Source of the DNA: a virus | Taxonomy: Duplodnaviria > Caudoviricetes | Strand: one strand, 5' to 3' | Virus record (IMG/VR): IMGVR_UViG_3300009285_001653 | Span: 43 to 64,042 of that record | DNA length: 64,000 nt | Part shown: positions 44,480 to 54,500 of the stretch, one piece after another | How positions within the stretch are numbered: the stretch's first letter is position 1 | Layout: each line of letters opens with the position of its first letter | The notes under the pieces: model-generated | The model's database searches: none | Told to the model about the DNA's origin: nothing | What the model saw: only the letters and a program-made list of their open reading frames with translations | Translations under genes and position numbers: made by a program

Positions 44480-46757
44480 AGTTCCTCTGTAGGTGTAAGA
44501 TAGGACGTTGGCGATCACTTAGCCCCAACACTCTAGCCGCCCAACCCTTCCTTCTAAAGGAAACTATCCAGTCTTCTGTAGTAGTTGTGCTACCATACTG
44601 TCCCACAGTAGGAGGCTCGAAATACACTTCCTCCGCCTGGTGCTTATCTATCAGTTCCCATAGATGCTCTGGATGCTTGAGGTGCATCACTACGGAAAGG
44701 GCGAAGACTATATCAACGTTACCAAACAGCGCCTTAGTTGTTGCGTCAGGAGTATCTATATCAATGGCAAGAAACCGTCCAAGCTGTACTAATTCTCTAG
44801 CTGCTCGAATTATCGCTTCGTCTTTATCTATACCTATTGCAGAAAGCGCTCCTTCTTCTAACGCCTTCCTCACAAACCACCCGGCATTACACCCTATATC
44901 CAAAACCTTCTTGTCTCTGACACTAGGCTTCATAATGTCCCAGCGCACCTGATTGTCGCGCTCAAACTCCATACCCAGTCCCATATCAGCATAGCTTTTT
45001 ACAGAACCAGTGCTAGAGCTTAACGCCAAGTCCTTGCGTACATCGTCTTCTGGTATGAGCTCTTGAAGCAAGATACGAAGACCTGTAGGAGCTGAGTCGG
45101 GAGCTATCTTAGTCTCTGTGCTATCAGCAGTCATCCAATAGCCGTCCTTGTCTTCAATCGCCCAACCATAATCCACTAGCGACGCCTTACCATAGCCATC
45201 TACCACCACATTCTCGAACTTAATATCTCTATGTGCTATATTATGTTGGTGAAGGTAGTCAACAATCTTGACAACCTGGTTATAAATGTCCCAACGAGTT
45301 TCGAGAGGCAGGTTCATGTCTACAGGCTCTCCTCTATACTCTTGGACTAAACAAGTTCTGCCAAACTCATTCCCAAAGTGTGCAATAACCTTTGGTATGC
45401 CAGGATGATCTAACTTATCCATGATAGCAATACGGTCATCGAATCTCTTTCCACCATGACCGCCATCTATGCTAATTACTACATCCTGTTCCTCATACCG
45501 CGCCTTATACACACTGGACGAAGTATTGCCGCTAAGCTTCTCACCAAACTCTACACCTTGACCACTAATTGTAGCTGGGGCAGGTGTCTCAAGCTCTGAC
45601 TTTACCCTTGCCAGAAACGGCTGCCACAGTTCAGCGTACAGATGATCCCAATCGTAGTTCTTTGCAAACGTACTAACTATTCTACGCCACGGGTAGCCAT
45701 CGCAGGTTCCAGCATGACAATCACAAGGCTTACTTAGCTGGTCATAGGCTTTAATCATAGCCTCGGTAAGTTTATCAGGATCCACGTCCCACTGTGCCGC
45801 ATATCCTACGCCAATGTACTTCTTACCAGGCACCAAAATCCTCATATCTTCTTGCGTAAGCTCTGGCATTGAGGTACAATCTGTGGCTATCACGGGTACT
45901 CCGCAAGCCTGAGCTTCTAGTACCGGTATACCAAATCCCTCTCCCTGAGTCGGTAGTACAAAGCAGTCAAAGCTGTTGTACATAGCTCTCATATTAGCTT
46001 CGTCATAGCCCAAAAAGAGCGGATAAGGGTCGCTAAACATATACGCGTCCTTGTCCAAACCTATTACCTCGGCTATTCGGTTGAGGTCGAAATGAGGGTC
46101 GCTAGTAGCAGTAGAAGTAGTATGCAGATAAAGTAGGGTGTTTGGTCGTTCATCACGCACTGTCTTGTACGCTTCTAGCAGTCTATCAAACCCTTTTCTA
46201 CTAGGCCAGTAGGCATTAAGCCCCACTATGCCGTACACAAACACGTCTTTACCTATTCCAAATGCTTCCCGCCATGCCTTTCGACCACCATCGTCCTGGT
46301 AGTAGTTCTTACTAATGCCGATGGGGATAAGCTCATTTTCTACGCCCGCCTCATCCAGTTGTTTCTTACCATGCTGGCTCATTGCGAGAACTTTCCATGT
46401 ATACACTAATCTGTCTTTGTAGACATAGGAGAGTGGCTCATGGTCAATCGGCACCCACGCAACCCACTTGAAACTCTCGCCGCCAAACCCGTCCGTATGC
46501 CACAAGTCCCATAAACTCATCACAAAATCAGGCTTCCAGAAGTCTATATGAGCAAGGATGACATCGGCTTGGGATATGAACTGGCCTTCGGGAAAAACTG
46601 GTATCCCCTCCCAGTCCGTCTGTCCACCTTTGAGACCGAACACCGCGGCAATCGCCACCTCGTGTCCGTCCTTTTTTAAGCTACGCGCAAGTCTGGCTGT
46701 TACAGTGCCATAACCGCTAGCGCACCACGGCGCTACACTAACTAACATGATCCGCAT
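44469..46757 (-). CDS. GT4 glycosyltransferase + kinase-like + SAM methyltransferase fusion
   Basis: SGYG, RKG and EGFGIPVLEAQACG (GT4); HRDIKFEN and DYG (kinase); VLDIGCNAG (MTase). Confidence 0.88.
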   Translation of the reverse strand: MRIMLVSVAPWCASGYGTVTARLARSLKKDGHEVAIAAVFGLKGGQTDWEGIPVFPEGQFISQADVILAHIDFWKPDFVMSLWDLWHTDGFGGESFKWVAWVPIDHEPLSYVYKDRLVYTWKVLAMSQHGKKQLDEAGVENELIPIGISKNYYQDDGGRKAWREAFGIGKDVFVYGIVGLNAYWPSRKGFDRLLEAYKTVRDERPNTLLYLHTTSTATSDPHFDLNRIAEVIGLDKDAYMFSDPYPLFLGYDEANMRAMYNSFDCFVLPTQGEGFGIPVLEAQACGVPVIATDCTSMPELTQEDMRILVPGKKYIGVGYAAQWDVDPDKLTEAMIKAYDQLSKPCDCHAGTCDGYPWRRIVSTFAKNYDWDHLYAELWQPFLARVKSELETPAPATISGQGVEFGEKLSGNTSSSVYKARYEEQDVVISIDGGHGGKRFDDRIAIMDKLDHPGIPKVIAHFGNEFGRTCLVQEYRGEPVDMNLPLETRWDIYNQVVKIVDYLHQHNIAHRDIKFENVVVDGYGKASLVDYGWAIEDKDGYWMTADSTETKIAPDSAPTGLRILLQELIPEDDVRKDLALSSSTGSVKSYADMGLGMEFERDNQVRWDIMKPSVRDKKVLDIGCNAGWFVRKALEEGALSAIGIDKDEAIIRAARELVQLGRFLAIDIDTPDATTKALFGNVDIVFALSVVMHLKHPEHLWELIDKHQAEEVYFEPPTVGQYGSTTTTEDWIVSFRRKGWAARVLGLSDRQRPILHLQRNYGN

Positions 46758-46787
46758 AACTCCTCCTCAACCTAAGCTTGGTATGGA

Positions 46788-46803
46788 GGGTGGTTTCCCA
46801 CCC
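46788..46803 (-). terminator. GGGTGG-GAAA-CCACCC hairpin after the capsid and cement genes
   Basis: 6-bp stem with GNRA loop and no U-tract; may be an attenuator or stabiliser. Confidence 0.45.
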
Positions 46804-46824
46804 CCTCTACACCCTTCTAACTAA

Positions 46825-47238
46825 CTAAGCACTGTCCTCATACGCGCCTACGATATAGTCCATTTGTACCGTAGCCCGAGTCCAAGTACCAGTACCAGTC
46901 TCGTCATACTCTACAGCCAACCACGTACCAGAAGTGGTAATGCGCTGGTTAGCAGCAGTAAGCGCACCAGTACGGGGCGTATCCGCTGCCCATGTAGATG
47001 TAGATACAAAGTTCGCGATGGTAGAAGCAGCATCAGTACCGCTTGTACCTCTGCTTACTAAAGCCAACCGCAACGTGTTAGTTGCCGTAGCAATAGCCGC
47101 ATCATTGACCGCGTACACCGCCAGAACTTTACCTTGAGACGGCATACGGAAAACGTTGAACGTAACATCACCAGCCGGATCAGCAGCAAAGTTCCACGAC
47201 TGACTGTACGGATGTAATCTCGGATTAAAACCACCCAT
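46825..47238 (-). CDS. Putative capsid cement/decoration protein
   Basis: Beta-rich 137 aa protein downstream of the major capsid gene. Confidence 0.55.
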   Translation of the reverse strand: MGGFNPRLHPYSQSWNFAADPAGDVTFNVFRMPSQGKVLAVYAVNDAAIATATNTLRLALVSRGTSGTDAASTIANFVSTSTWAADTPRTGALTAANQRITTSGTWLAVEYDETGTGTWTRATVQMDYIVGAYEDSA

Positions 47239-47258
47239 TTTAACTCTCCTTGTGGCTC

Positions 47259-47489
47259 TTACCAGTCAGTTTCCTGGCCGACTTTCACCACTTTTACCTC
47301 CTCGACTTCTTGCTCTTTCTTCCTACTATTCTGACTAGCCCATTCATGTGGTTCTAGTTCTCCGCCAGCCTCAGGATTTTCTGAGCGCCTGAAGTAGCTG
47401 AAATGATCCGTAGAACAGAACAGCTTCCCTTTGTAGAACTGGCGGTGCTTCTTCGCCTCGCCACTACACCAATCGCAATACTTAGCCAT
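47259..47489 (-). CDS. Small Zn-binding (TRASH-like) protein
   Basis: CDWC...FCSxxH. Confidence 0.6.
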   Translation of the reverse strand: MAKYCDWCSGEAKKHRQFYKGKLFCSTDHFSYFRRSENPEAGGELEPHEWASQNSRKKEQEVEEVKVVKVGQETDW

Positions 47490-47508
47490 ACCCTCCTCCT
47501 AGTTCCTC

Positions 47509-48393
47509 TTATTGGGTGGGAGAGGCCATATCAAAAGTTCCGGTAAAGCCCCAAGCATCCAAGTACTCGCCATACCCATAGGTGGCGACCATGTTCACTT
47601 CCCAGCCCCGCAGAGCGCTATCGTAGTCGTCCTCAATATCCTCTTCCTCGTAGGGAACGTAGATGAGAGTGTTTTTGGCAAAGATGCCGGCACTACCATC
47701 ATCTGAGCCGTCGGCTGCAATGAGAGGATCCGACCAGACCTTTACGCCGACCACATCGAACACGTCATAGTTCTTCACGATGTCGTCCTGGATGCTGCCC
47801 ACCGGTGGAGACACGTTACCGAAACTCCCAGCTACCATAGAAAGGAAGTCTTCGTAAAGAGCATGAAGCATGTAGGGATGAAACACACCCTGAATAGCTG
47901 ACTCCAGAGGCCTCGCACCGGACTGTAGACGTACCTTAGCGGCCATAATATGACCCAACGCCAACGACGTACCAGCCGAACCAATCGTGTTGGTTGTGAA
48001 GCCCGCTAGGAGGGTGATGAGATCATCATCGCGTTTATTTTCTACAGCATTAGCCATAGACGCAGCGGCCTTCCGCATCATATCTTCCCGCATAGCGTTC
48101 ATAGCCAGTTTGGTCAAGATCACCTGTACACCAGCGTTCTCGGCCACTGTGATAGCCACGTTAGCGTCCGAAAGCTGCTGCGCCTGAGCCATCCTAACAC
48201 CTTCGGTCAAGGTGTAGGCAGTAGGCTGTGTCCAGGTGGGAATATTCAGCGTCAAGCCAGCTTCCTTTTTGAGAGGAATAGTCTCAACCGCTTGTTTCAT
48301 CACACCTACCTGACTTAGTGTGAGCCTAGCTTCCTCGATAAACTTGGGAAGCGTGTTCGTAAATTGTGCTGAACCAGAAGTTCCAGCCGGCAT
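47509..48393 (-). CDS. Major capsid protein
   Basis: LTEG, MANxxExxxD, VFHP and YGYG patterns; 294 aa; follows the scaffold. Confidence 0.85.
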   Translation of the reverse strand: MPAGTSGSAQFTNTLPKFIEEARLTLSQVGVMKQAVETIPLKKEAGLTLNIPTWTQPTAYTLTEGVRMAQAQQLSDANVAITVAENAGVQVILTKLAMNAMREDMMRKAAASMANAVENKRDDDLITLLAGFTTNTIGSAGTSLALGHIMAAKVRLQSGARPLESAIQGVFHPYMLHALYEDFLSMVAGSFGNVSPPVGSIQDDIVKNYDVFDVVGVKVWSDPLIAADGSDDGSAGIFAKNTLIYVPYEEEDIEDDYDSALRGWEVNMVATYGYGEYLDAWGFTGTFDMASPTQ

Positions 48394-48407
48394 CTCTTAC
48401 CCCTTTC

Positions 48408-49169
48408 TTACCAACCAGCGACTCCGGGAAGCCCAGCTGCCCTTCGTCCCTCATTGTAACGTCTCTTCTCGGCGGGAGTTAGTGATTTAACTCCATACCT
48501 AGGATCTGCTATCCTGCGCCCGATAGTTTCCCAATCTTGCAAATTACCACCTGTCACCACGGCGGACGGCGCATTGTCCACACCAGACTGGGCTCTTGCC
48601 TCAGCAGCGGCTTGTGATGCAGCTGTCTGGCTCGTGCTTCTAGTATTACTGAGGATTTTAACATGAGCATCCATGAGGCGGGCATCACCGTACTTTGCCA
48701 GTTCTCCACCCAGACTCATAAGCTCTTTGACTACAGCGGCTTTAACAGGATCAGCCATTAAATGTTGTGCTGCATAATAAATAGCGCTGGCTGCTACTCG
48801 CTCCTGAGCCACATTACCCATCTCCTGCTCATATTTCACACCGTTTTCGAGCAGTGTTTTAAGCCTACCTCGTTGCTCGGTACTCAGTGGTTCGTCGGAA
48901 GCTTCAGAGGCCTTCTCTATAGACTCAGCAATCTGAGTAGCTTGGGCCAGCTCTTCCGCCGCCAAGCGATCAGCATCTGCTCTCCGACTTTCCTGCCATT
49001 GCTGAAGCATCGGAGCTAGTTGCTCCTGCTCAGCCTTACGAGCAGCCTCTAGCTTTTCATATTCAGCCTTATAATCTACTTCAGGCGCGGTTTCTACAAC
49101 AGCTTCCTGTAATTCAGGAGCCTCTGTACTCTGTTCCGGCTCCACAGCCGCGATGGTTTCTTCTGCCAT
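48408..49169 (-). CDS. Capsid scaffolding protein
   Basis: Acidic coiled coil directly upstream of the major capsid gene. Confidence 0.7.
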   Translation of the reverse strand: MAEETIAAVEPEQSTEAPELQEAVVETAPEVDYKAEYEKLEAARKAEQEQLAPMLQQWQESRRADADRLAAEELAQATQIAESIEKASEASDEPLSTEQRGRLKTLLENGVKYEQEMGNVAQERVAASAIYYAAQHLMADPVKAAVVKELMSLGGELAKYGDARLMDAHVKILSNTRSTSQTAASQAAAEARAQSGVDNAPSAVVTGGNLQDWETIGRRIADPRYGVKSLTPAEKRRYNEGRRAAGLPGVAGW

Positions 49170-49203
49170 GACCTACTCCTCGTGTTATTTCTCTACTATT
49201 CTT

Positions 49204-49233
49204 ATTATACACATACTTTACCTATTTTGTCAA
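49204..49233 (-). promoter_or_regulatory. Promoter TTGACA-18-TATAAT for the head operon
   Basis: Perfect consensus boxes. Confidence 0.75.
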
Positions 49234-49247
49234 CTATTACCAGGGAA

Positions 49248-50186
49248 TTACTCTGTGGCACCATTAGGCACTGACAAGATCTTTCTGCCCCGCCTCCGTA
49301 ACAGGGACGATAACCTACCAGCGGGTAATATCCCTTCATAGAACCGACGTAACGGCAGAGGAATCTCTGCCATAGTTAGTCCTAAATCTATTGCGGCAGT
49401 AAAGATGTGTGCCATGTCCCCCAAATTGGGTACGGTATTGGTAATGTACGAGCTCTCTATGGGATATTGTTGTAAGGATTGGGCGACTGCTTCCTTAAAC
49501 TCTTTGGTGCTGGAAATGCCTTTTTGTTGCCAGTCGTAAGCATGTATAGCTTCATGGTATGCCGGCTGTAAAGTATCAGCGTCAGAAGAGTCGGGAGAGT
49601 TTAATAGATTGCTTAGTATTATGCCGCCCGGCATCTGACCACCCCGCAGGTCTCTTCTCGGATAGTACCCATATCCCTCCCACTGACCTGGCCCCTTCCC
49701 GAAGTGGACAGGTAATCTCTCGTATTGGCTAGACACCGGCTCTGCTCCGCCAGCAGCCTTGATGAAATTGGCTAAACCTCTAGCCGGAGGAGTACCCGGT
49801 TGTGCGTTAGAACCGAAAGCTCCTCCGCGTACTACAGCAAACGCAGGATTAACGGCCCTCCGATTCCTATCAGGAGAAGGTTGTACTGTGTTTCGCCTCT
49901 TTAGATAATCTTGGTAACGTCTCTCGCTTTCTCGCCAATCCGCAGATAACCGAAAACCACTCCTATCAAACGGCACCCTAGGATCATCCTCTTCTAACGT
50001 AGTATAATCTAGCTCACTACGTTGAGTTTGATTCCTGGACGAAACCAGTGGTTTTATAAGATCTGGGATGGATGGGGCGGGGGAGAGACGATTTAAGGTC
50101 ACGTCATAGCCTGGAGGTTTTGGCCCCCAAGGATCATCTGGATCTTTCTCAAACCTCTTCAGTAGATCACCAAGCCAATTTATCAT
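49248..50186 (-). CDS. Putative ejected zincin-like metallopeptidase
   Basis: YHEAIHAYD HExxH motif; Pro-rich N-terminus. Confidence 0.6.
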   Translation of the reverse strand: MINWLGDLLKRFEKDPDDPWGPKPPGYDVTLNRLSPAPSIPDLIKPLVSSRNQTQRSELDYTTLEEDDPRVPFDRSGFRLSADWRESERRYQDYLKRRNTVQPSPDRNRRAVNPAFAVVRGGAFGSNAQPGTPPARGLANFIKAAGGAEPVSSQYERLPVHFGKGPGQWEGYGYYPRRDLRGGQMPGGIILSNLLNSPDSSDADTLQPAYHEAIHAYDWQQKGISSTKEFKEAVAQSLQQYPIESSYITNTVPNLGDMAHIFTAAIDLGLTMAEIPLPLRRFYEGILPAGRLSSLLRRRGRKILSVPNGATE

Positions 50187-50197
50187 TTTCTGCCTCT

Positions 50198-51517
50198 CTA
50201 TTGTAGGTATTTTCTTACAAACTCCAACATCCCCTGATTCTCTAGCTCAGGTGCGCGGTTCATAAACCTCTCTTGAGATTGAAGGTAGGCTTGACGAGAT
50301 GCTTTTTCAAGTCTACTGGGTAAGTTCTGGCTACTCCTAATTAGTTCGTAGCCAAATGCTGGATCATTTGCTAGCAACGCGGCTAACGATTGCTGCGGCT
50401 CGTTTAGTCCCTCAGTAGTCTCTAGTCTCTGTAAGCCTGATATTAAATCAGCCCTAGACATTGGAGCAGCTCTCCCCTGTTGTAGTGCATCTGTAATGTC
50501 TTGCGCTATCTGCCTCTGATTGGTAGTCTCGCCCCTCATCCATCGTGTAGCTAGTGCTTGTGGCGCTTGACGCTGGATATTTTTTTCTAAGAAAGCAGTG
50601 TAAGGATTGCCGATATCAGGATTCATACCCATAGCGCGAAGAATATTGCGTGACGCTCTGGACTCTCCACCTAATGATGGCTCAAAGAAGGGTAACTGGT
50701 ACTCAGACTCAATATCACTTACATCACCAAATCCCTGGAACCCGGATAGTAAATCTGTGAGAGCACGACCCCTCTCAGGTGTTTTGGAGAATAGTCCGCT
50801 GGATGGTATCTTGCTACGCTGAGCCATTGGCAACGCCCCACTAAGTATGTCTGTTTCGTAGTCTTCTAGCTCGTTGCTATAGATGCCAGGCGCTCCGCCC
50901 ATACGACTTCTCACGCTCGATGGCCCAACGGCTTGTATACCAGCCGGCCCCAGATCTTTTAGGTATTGGAAAAAACCACCAGCCTTTAGTATCTGGCTAA
51001 TTGGAGACCCAGAAGCACCGCCCGCCGTGGGGAACTCTCCAGTATCATCAGGCCCTTCAGGTGGTTCTTCTTCCTCGTCGCCACCAAAAAAGTCACCGGT
51101 TTCATCATAAGAAGGACCCAAACCACCCCCAAAACGTTTGATGAGAGGGGCTGGATCAACATAACTACCAGTAGAGTTTTGCAGGCGGAACTCGGTATGA
51201 GGTCCAGTTGAAGCACCAGTAGACCCGCTCGACATCAATACTGTATTCACTCCAACCTCATCACCTATCTTCACCCTAAGTCTGCTGCCATGAAGATAAG
51301 TAGTAGTACCCCAACTATGCTGCACACGCACAAAGTTCCCAAGCTGGGGGTCAAACCCGGCCTGAATCACCTTGCCACGATCAACAGGAGTAATAGAAGT
51401 ACCTTTAGGCGTAAGAATATCTACTCCCTTATGTGGCCCTGTTCTTCTTCCACCTACTGTATCAGGATCACCAAACACAGAACTTATAGGATAAGTTGTC
51501 CAATGTGGCCCTGCCAT
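50198..51517 (-). CDS. Virion-associated M23 peptidase fused to an ejection-protein module
   Basis: HKGVD, YLH and STGPH; C-terminus paralogous to ORF 56833. Confidence 0.8.
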   Translation of the reverse strand: MAGPHWTTYPISSVFGDPDTVGGRRTGPHKGVDILTPKGTSITPVDRGKVIQAGFDPQLGNFVRVQHSWGTTTYLHGSRLRVKIGDEVGVNTVLMSSGSTGASTGPHTEFRLQNSTGSYVDPAPLIKRFGGGLGPSYDETGDFFGGDEEEEPPEGPDDTGEFPTAGGASGSPISQILKAGGFFQYLKDLGPAGIQAVGPSSVRSRMGGAPGIYSNELEDYETDILSGALPMAQRSKIPSSGLFSKTPERGRALTDLLSGFQGFGDVSDIESEYQLPFFEPSLGGESRASRNILRAMGMNPDIGNPYTAFLEKNIQRQAPQALATRWMRGETTNQRQIAQDITDALQQGRAAPMSRADLISGLQRLETTEGLNEPQQSLAALLANDPAFGYELIRSSQNLPSRLEKASRQAYLQSQERFMNRAPELENQGMLEFVRKYLQ

Positions 51518-51521
51518 GTTT

Positions 51522-54500
51522 TCACCTCAATAGCGGTTTCTTAAGCCCGCCAGTTTCTTTATCTACTGCCTCACGCACTATATCCTTATCATCTCCAGGT
51601 AATTCTCGCCACTCAGTATACCCCTTCTTATTATACATCTGTATCGTCTTTGTGTTAAGCTTATCCATGTAAGCAGCTATTCGCAGCCTACCAGCAGGAG
51701 GCAGTTCGCCCCAAACAGTAATATTGTCAGGCCCGGAGAACTCTTTATCTATTTCCCATTGCTTAGCAAAACCATCAGCTAGATAGTCCTGTACTGTCTC
51801 CACACTCCAGTTGTTACCGGTGCGGGGTTTTGGATGAACTTCGCTTCTCTTAGCTTGCTCTTTGGATGCATCAAACGTATCCAGCTCGTCTTTATAGCTT
51901 TGTAGATAGGTATTAAGTTCAGGACTATCAGCCCTCAGATATTTTCGTAGCCGCTTGTATTCGCTAATCGCCACTTTTGCGTAGAGTGGAGAATCTTTTA
52001 TGAACTTTTTCCAAAGAGCTTCTTCTCCTGGAGTTCTGTTCCGGTCAGCTACATCCGCCTCCAAAAAGAGCTTTATACGCTTAGCCTTGTCTGTAGAACC
52101 TTCAGCCAAAGCTTCGGCTGTTACTCCGGCAGCGTTCCTATATTTTCTAAGTACCTCGCCCTGACCAACATCTTCCATCATATCACTAGCGTTCACAGCT
52201 GATCCTTTAATGCCAAACACACTAGGTATCGAGCCGGCTGCTTGTTCAGCCTCGGACGCCCCTGTAAAACGATCCTGTGGAGTTCCCAAAGAGAATGGCT
52301 TAAACGTCTCTCCGAGTAACCTAGCCCAATCTATCGGGTTGTTGGGATCATAAATAGTCCCCCACATATCCTTACCGTCACGGAATATGGATTCTATATT
52401 GCCTGCGAGGGAAGGAACAGCAGCTAGTAGTGGCTTTACTACATCTTTAGCGCGTCTAGCCTTCCCCCTAGTATCTTTCGCTGTAGGAAGAGTAGCTGCG
52501 TTGATGATCAAACCTAAGATACTATCATAAGGCCCCAACAACTTCCAGTCCTGACCAAGTGCTCTCAACGCTAGGAAGTTTGAGTTGTAACGCCAAGATC
52601 CGTCAGCGTTCTGTATCACGGGGGCAAAATCCGTCTTTCTACCTTGTACAGCGTTACCAGCTACCGTAAGCGCTGTCGCTACTCCAAAAAGCTTTACCAA
52701 TGAATCTCTTGCTTGTATCTGCTCCGCCGATGCCCCAGGCCTAAATCCCCCTATACCATTTATCAGGGTTTCTACTCTAGCCTGAAAGAATCTGGGCGCG
52801 TACAAAGCCAAGTCACCAAGACCGCCAAACGCTCGATCCTGGCTCCATCCAGTCATACGATTAACTGAATCGGCCATCCTGCGTAATTCACCAGAGGATT
52901 CTAGCTGTGCTAGAGGTATTCCTTTTTTGATCTCGGCAAGAACCAGATCTCTATACCATGATGCTCGTATAGTATCAGAGTATGAAGTAAACATCCGGTT
53001 GATTTGTTTTATGCCTGGAGCTTTCTCTAATAACTTTGCTGCTTGTCCAAGCCCGGTCTCACCCGCTATAGTACCAGTAGTACCAGCAATATGAAGACCA
53101 TTCCTGGTTGCTTGCACTAAGGTAGGAGTTCCTTCTGCTTTGGCTCTAATGTCATAATTCTTGAAAAAATGCCCTAGCGCCTTCGGATCTATAATAGACT
53201 TTACATGTACTTTTACTGCAATAGGCACTGCTTTAGGATCTGCTGCTGCTGCAAGCAATCCCTGAATACCTATGGCAGAATCGTCGCCGGTTGCTGTACT
53301 CAACCGTTGTAGAGAGTTGATGTTCATAATTACATTTTCGAGCATCCCAGACGGCAACCTCTCTTGTTGCAAAGCATGATTAGCTGCATTTGCCATCGCT
53401 GTGGGTAAGTCTACTCCCGCCATAGAAGGTACATCTACTGTGGCACGACCATGTCCCACTCCTTCTGGGGGAGTCTTCTTTAACACCAATTCGCCGTTTT
53501 GCTTGGCCTTAGCAAACTGGTTGGCCATGTGCTTGCGATTTATGTCTCGTCCTATCCACAATATGTATGAGTGTACAGATTCTTCTGGACTAACATACTC
53601 ATAACCTTTCTCTATGCCCTCGGCTTCGGAACCAAACTTAGCAGGCTTTTTATATGGAGAGGTTCCCTGTCCCCTCGAAGGGCGCATCCTTACCGGCTCG
53701 TCATAGCCCAAAAGCGAAGCGCTCCCTCGTGGAATGTAAAAACCGCCCTGCCTCGGATCTATTCCAACTCTGCTGCCATATTCTATACCAACCTCATTAG
53801 CTAGCTTAGCATATGGAGCTACCAGTTGCCTAATTTTTTCGACAGCAGCCTTTTGTTCTGCATTTAGATTGAAAGATGCCGGAGCGTCTGTAACATCACG
53901 GAGACCTGGGCCCCTAGGAAACTCATCATTAGCCAACGAAGGTATAAGTCCCGACTTATCTACATTGAACACCTCCATCTCTGCCTGGATCCTATCCGAT
54001 ATAAAAGCCCCCTGAGAAGATATAATATGACTTTTATTCTTATACTGATCCATGATAGCAGTAGCCGTTTCTTCATACTTATTTGCCATACCTGGCACAA
54101 CCCTACGAAATTGATCTTCAATAATCTGGGCTGGCGTCAGAGGCTTAGAAGTAAAATCTTGTAGGCCAAGAACGTTCTCTTCTAGCGGTGGTTTGCCTCT
54201 AGGTGGTGGTAGGCCTTCAATACTTTTAGTGGCCTCTCTAGCACCGGCTTCATAAGGAGTACCACCAAGCTGATCGCCGGGAGGAAATCTACCAGACGGC
54301 TCTTCAGGCCGTCTGCCCCTAGGAGGCTGTCCACCACCAGGAGGCGGTTTTTGCGGCGGAATCGTCGGGCCAGGAGCTTCTTCTCTTAGCCTCTTTGACT
54401 CAGCGGCCTGCTCCTCTAAATCAGCCAAATACTTCTCTCTTGCTGCTCTTTGCTGTACTGTTTCACCAATAGAGACTTCGGGCGTGATAGGCTCTTCCGG

